Source: Gordius albopunctatus (lineage: Eukaryota). Taken from it: a stretch of 64,000 nt of DNA. The stretch is from positions 12,524,001 through 12,588,000 of the forward strand of contig OZ193909.1 in the NCBI GenBank assembly GCA_964276515.1. Reading direction: 5' to 3'. The translations under genes and the position numbers were made by a program. Below are positions 61,701-64,000 of the stretch, one piece after another (positions within the stretch are counted from its first letter, which is position 1; every line of letters begins with the position of its first letter). The notes below the pieces were generated by a model that saw only the letters and a program-made list of their open reading frames with translations, searched no databases and was not told the DNA's origin.

Positions 61701-62574
61701 CGGGATCTATTTCCCTCACATTTAAAACCTAAAAAATTATGAAAAATAGAATGTATTAAATGCTACAACATTTGTCTGAATCATAATAAATAAACTGTTT
61801 GACATCATAAAATTGTAGAAATTTGCTTTCGCATTATTGGTTAGGGATCGAAATAGCTCTAAATGTATCTAAAGGCGAAAACAACGCTTACCATACTTTT
61901 TGTATACGTCATCCTCTTTAATCCAGCAGTTATAGAAATTATCGGCATTTTCAGTTAACGCAAAAACAAAGTATAACAATAATTATAGCAGCAAACCGTA
62001 AAACGAAGCACATATAGATTAGAAATAAACATGGAAATAAAATTTAAGCATGTATCTAAAATTAACAAAGGCATAATCAACATCAATTTATAACGAACAA
62101 ATACTTATTTATTTAAATGGTATAAAAAAATTACATACACGACTAAAAAATATTAAAAACGCGCTAAAACTAGGGATGGCATACTATTCATAATATTTGT
62201 AAACAACTAGAAAGACGTGCTTTTACTATTTCGCACCTAACAAAATGTCTCAAAACGGAGGGGTGAGGAGCATGGTATTATTTAACAATGCGATTATGTG
62301 AAGAAATTCCGCCTACCCCTTTATGTCCACCAACATTTTTTGGATTGATGCGCCTACCTACGCAGAGCAGGCCAAGCAGCAAGCAAACGCGCGGGAGCTG
62401 GGAGGCATATATTAGTGTTATTTAATTTACATTACATCAACCTCCCCCCACCCCTCTTCTAAATTTAAAATTTATTTTTAGAAGCAGATTGGCATTGAAA
62501 ATTTTTAATCAGATGTTGGTCCAAATAGCAGGGAAACGAATTTTTTTATTTTTATCGTTCATTTTATACAAGTA

Positions 62575-62892
62575 CTAGATGAACCCGGCAAACGTTGATT
62601 TGCCATTTACCCGGGTGTATTAAATTATGTTTGAATTTTAGGGCATATATGATAAAGCGGTTATTAAAGTAAAAATAAAGTTTGATGTCTACTATATGTT
62701 CTAGTTCCGTATACAGTGCAACGCGTACGAATACTCGAAAACTACTTGACCGATTTGGCTCAAACAAATCTTAAAACATGCTCCGGAGTGTCAGGAATAA
62801 ACTGTGAAATTTTAAGCCAAATCGGTCTGGTAGTTTTCCAAAATTGGTGGCGGCATACACACACATACACAGTTTAATTTTTAAATATAAGA
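62575..62892 (-). mobile_element. Short, internally deleted Helitron family A copy
   Basis: Both termini (TCTTATAT... and hairpin-CTAG) match 4369-5163. Confidence 0.85.
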
Positions 62893-63696
62893 TTGCTTTA
62901 GTATATAAATATAGTTTAACAAAATTGTGTAGAAACCCCTGGTAAAATGATCCAAAAACATTTTATTAACCGTCAATTAAACTCTCCCCTTTATAATATA
63001 GGCGCGGTAGAGTAAACCCTAAAATTAATCGATACTGCATATACCGAGGGTATCGCTCATTATTTCGGGCAACAAATTGCCGATTCATGGCAATCCTAAA
63101 CTCCACCACTACCCCACGACTATAATAAAATTAAAATATATGGTAAGCAAGGGTTGGCATCAGTTCTCTTAATCGCTATCCCGCATTTATTCTTTGCCGA
63201 ATCATTAAAACCAACCTAATATACTCACAACAATAGATCTACACATTAGGTTATCATATGTTTTAAGGGTGTAAGTTTAATTTTATTTTAATTGTATAAT
63301 AAATTTTTTAATTATTTTACGGTATTAAAAGGTATATGTGAATATGGTATATCTGTTTAAGTAAAGAAATTCCGTGTATGATTGGGATAACCGATAGTCC
63401 CTTATGCTGCAGGTTTCGACACGCTCCCCTTATTTTGCATCTGGGTAAAATAAATGAGTTTATTAAAATATTTTTTTTTATGTCTAAATCAATTTTTTTT
63501 ACAAAATTTAGAGATAAGTATGGCAGACTTATGCTATGGCATACATATCTTGGGAGTTCCTCACAAAATTGCATAAATCCTAATCGCCCTGACCACCTTT
63601 GCCGATTAAGAATTAGAACGTTGGTTCCAGATACTAACAAAATTGATTCTTCATTAATTAACACTTTTAAACGTTAAGCATGGATATAGGTATATT

Positions 63697-63860
63697 TATG
63701 GGCCTAGCCAGCATTGGCATTAGAGGGGGGAAATGTGATTTAGGGAGGGGTAAAGTGATTATTTTTTAAAATTTTAGCCATAATCTTAATAAATTTGTAT
63801 ATTTATAAGGGGCAGCCGCTCCTCCATGCCGCCCACTCCCCCCCCCTGGCTAGGCCAATG
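63697..63860. mobile_element. 164-bp hAT-type MITE
   Basis: TIR ATGGGCCTAGCCAG / CTGGCTAGGCCAATG; perfect 8-bp TSD GGTATATT. Confidence 0.9.
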
Positions 63861-64000
63861 GGTATATTTTATGTTATTTTGTGATAAGGGTCAGGTATTG
63901 GCCTACCGCCTACCCTCAATCACGGCTTGAAAATTAGATTTCAAGTGATAAATTTAATTCGAGTCACGAGTTCGTGTTAAAATACAAAAATGATTGGTTG

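Noticed and set aside
63317..63677. Overlapping 115-aa and 99-aa ORFs
   Set aside because: No recognisable motifs or splice context; consistent with chance ORFs

Overview
AT-rich animal genomic DNA with spliceosomal introns and dense transposon content. It holds two convergent host genes: a 29-exon MON2 (17287-41774, +) and TENT5/FAM46 with a single coding exon (45423-47303, -). The first 16 kb is a transposon nest with RTE LINEs (one chimeric and carrying a degenerate twister ribozyme at its 5' end, one near-intact), a non-autonomous Helitron, and a very young Ty3/gypsy LTR element (5425-12000, -) inserted into a dead hAT transposase. The LTR element is the most unusual thing here. I cannot recognise a capsid gag. 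It has a small predicted transmembrane + two-zinc-knuckle ORF, an unknown ~290-aa domain fused to protease-RT, a deleted RNase H and TG...AA termini. Two ATG-less 3' ORFs behind splice acceptors are both in frame with an 11-codon leader mini-exon, which resembles complex-retrovirus accessory genes. The rest of the window carries many hAT-type MITEs with 8-bp TSDs, Helitrons, a foldback element and a Helentron-like element with a tandem array. All calls come from reading the sequence by eye; no searches were run.
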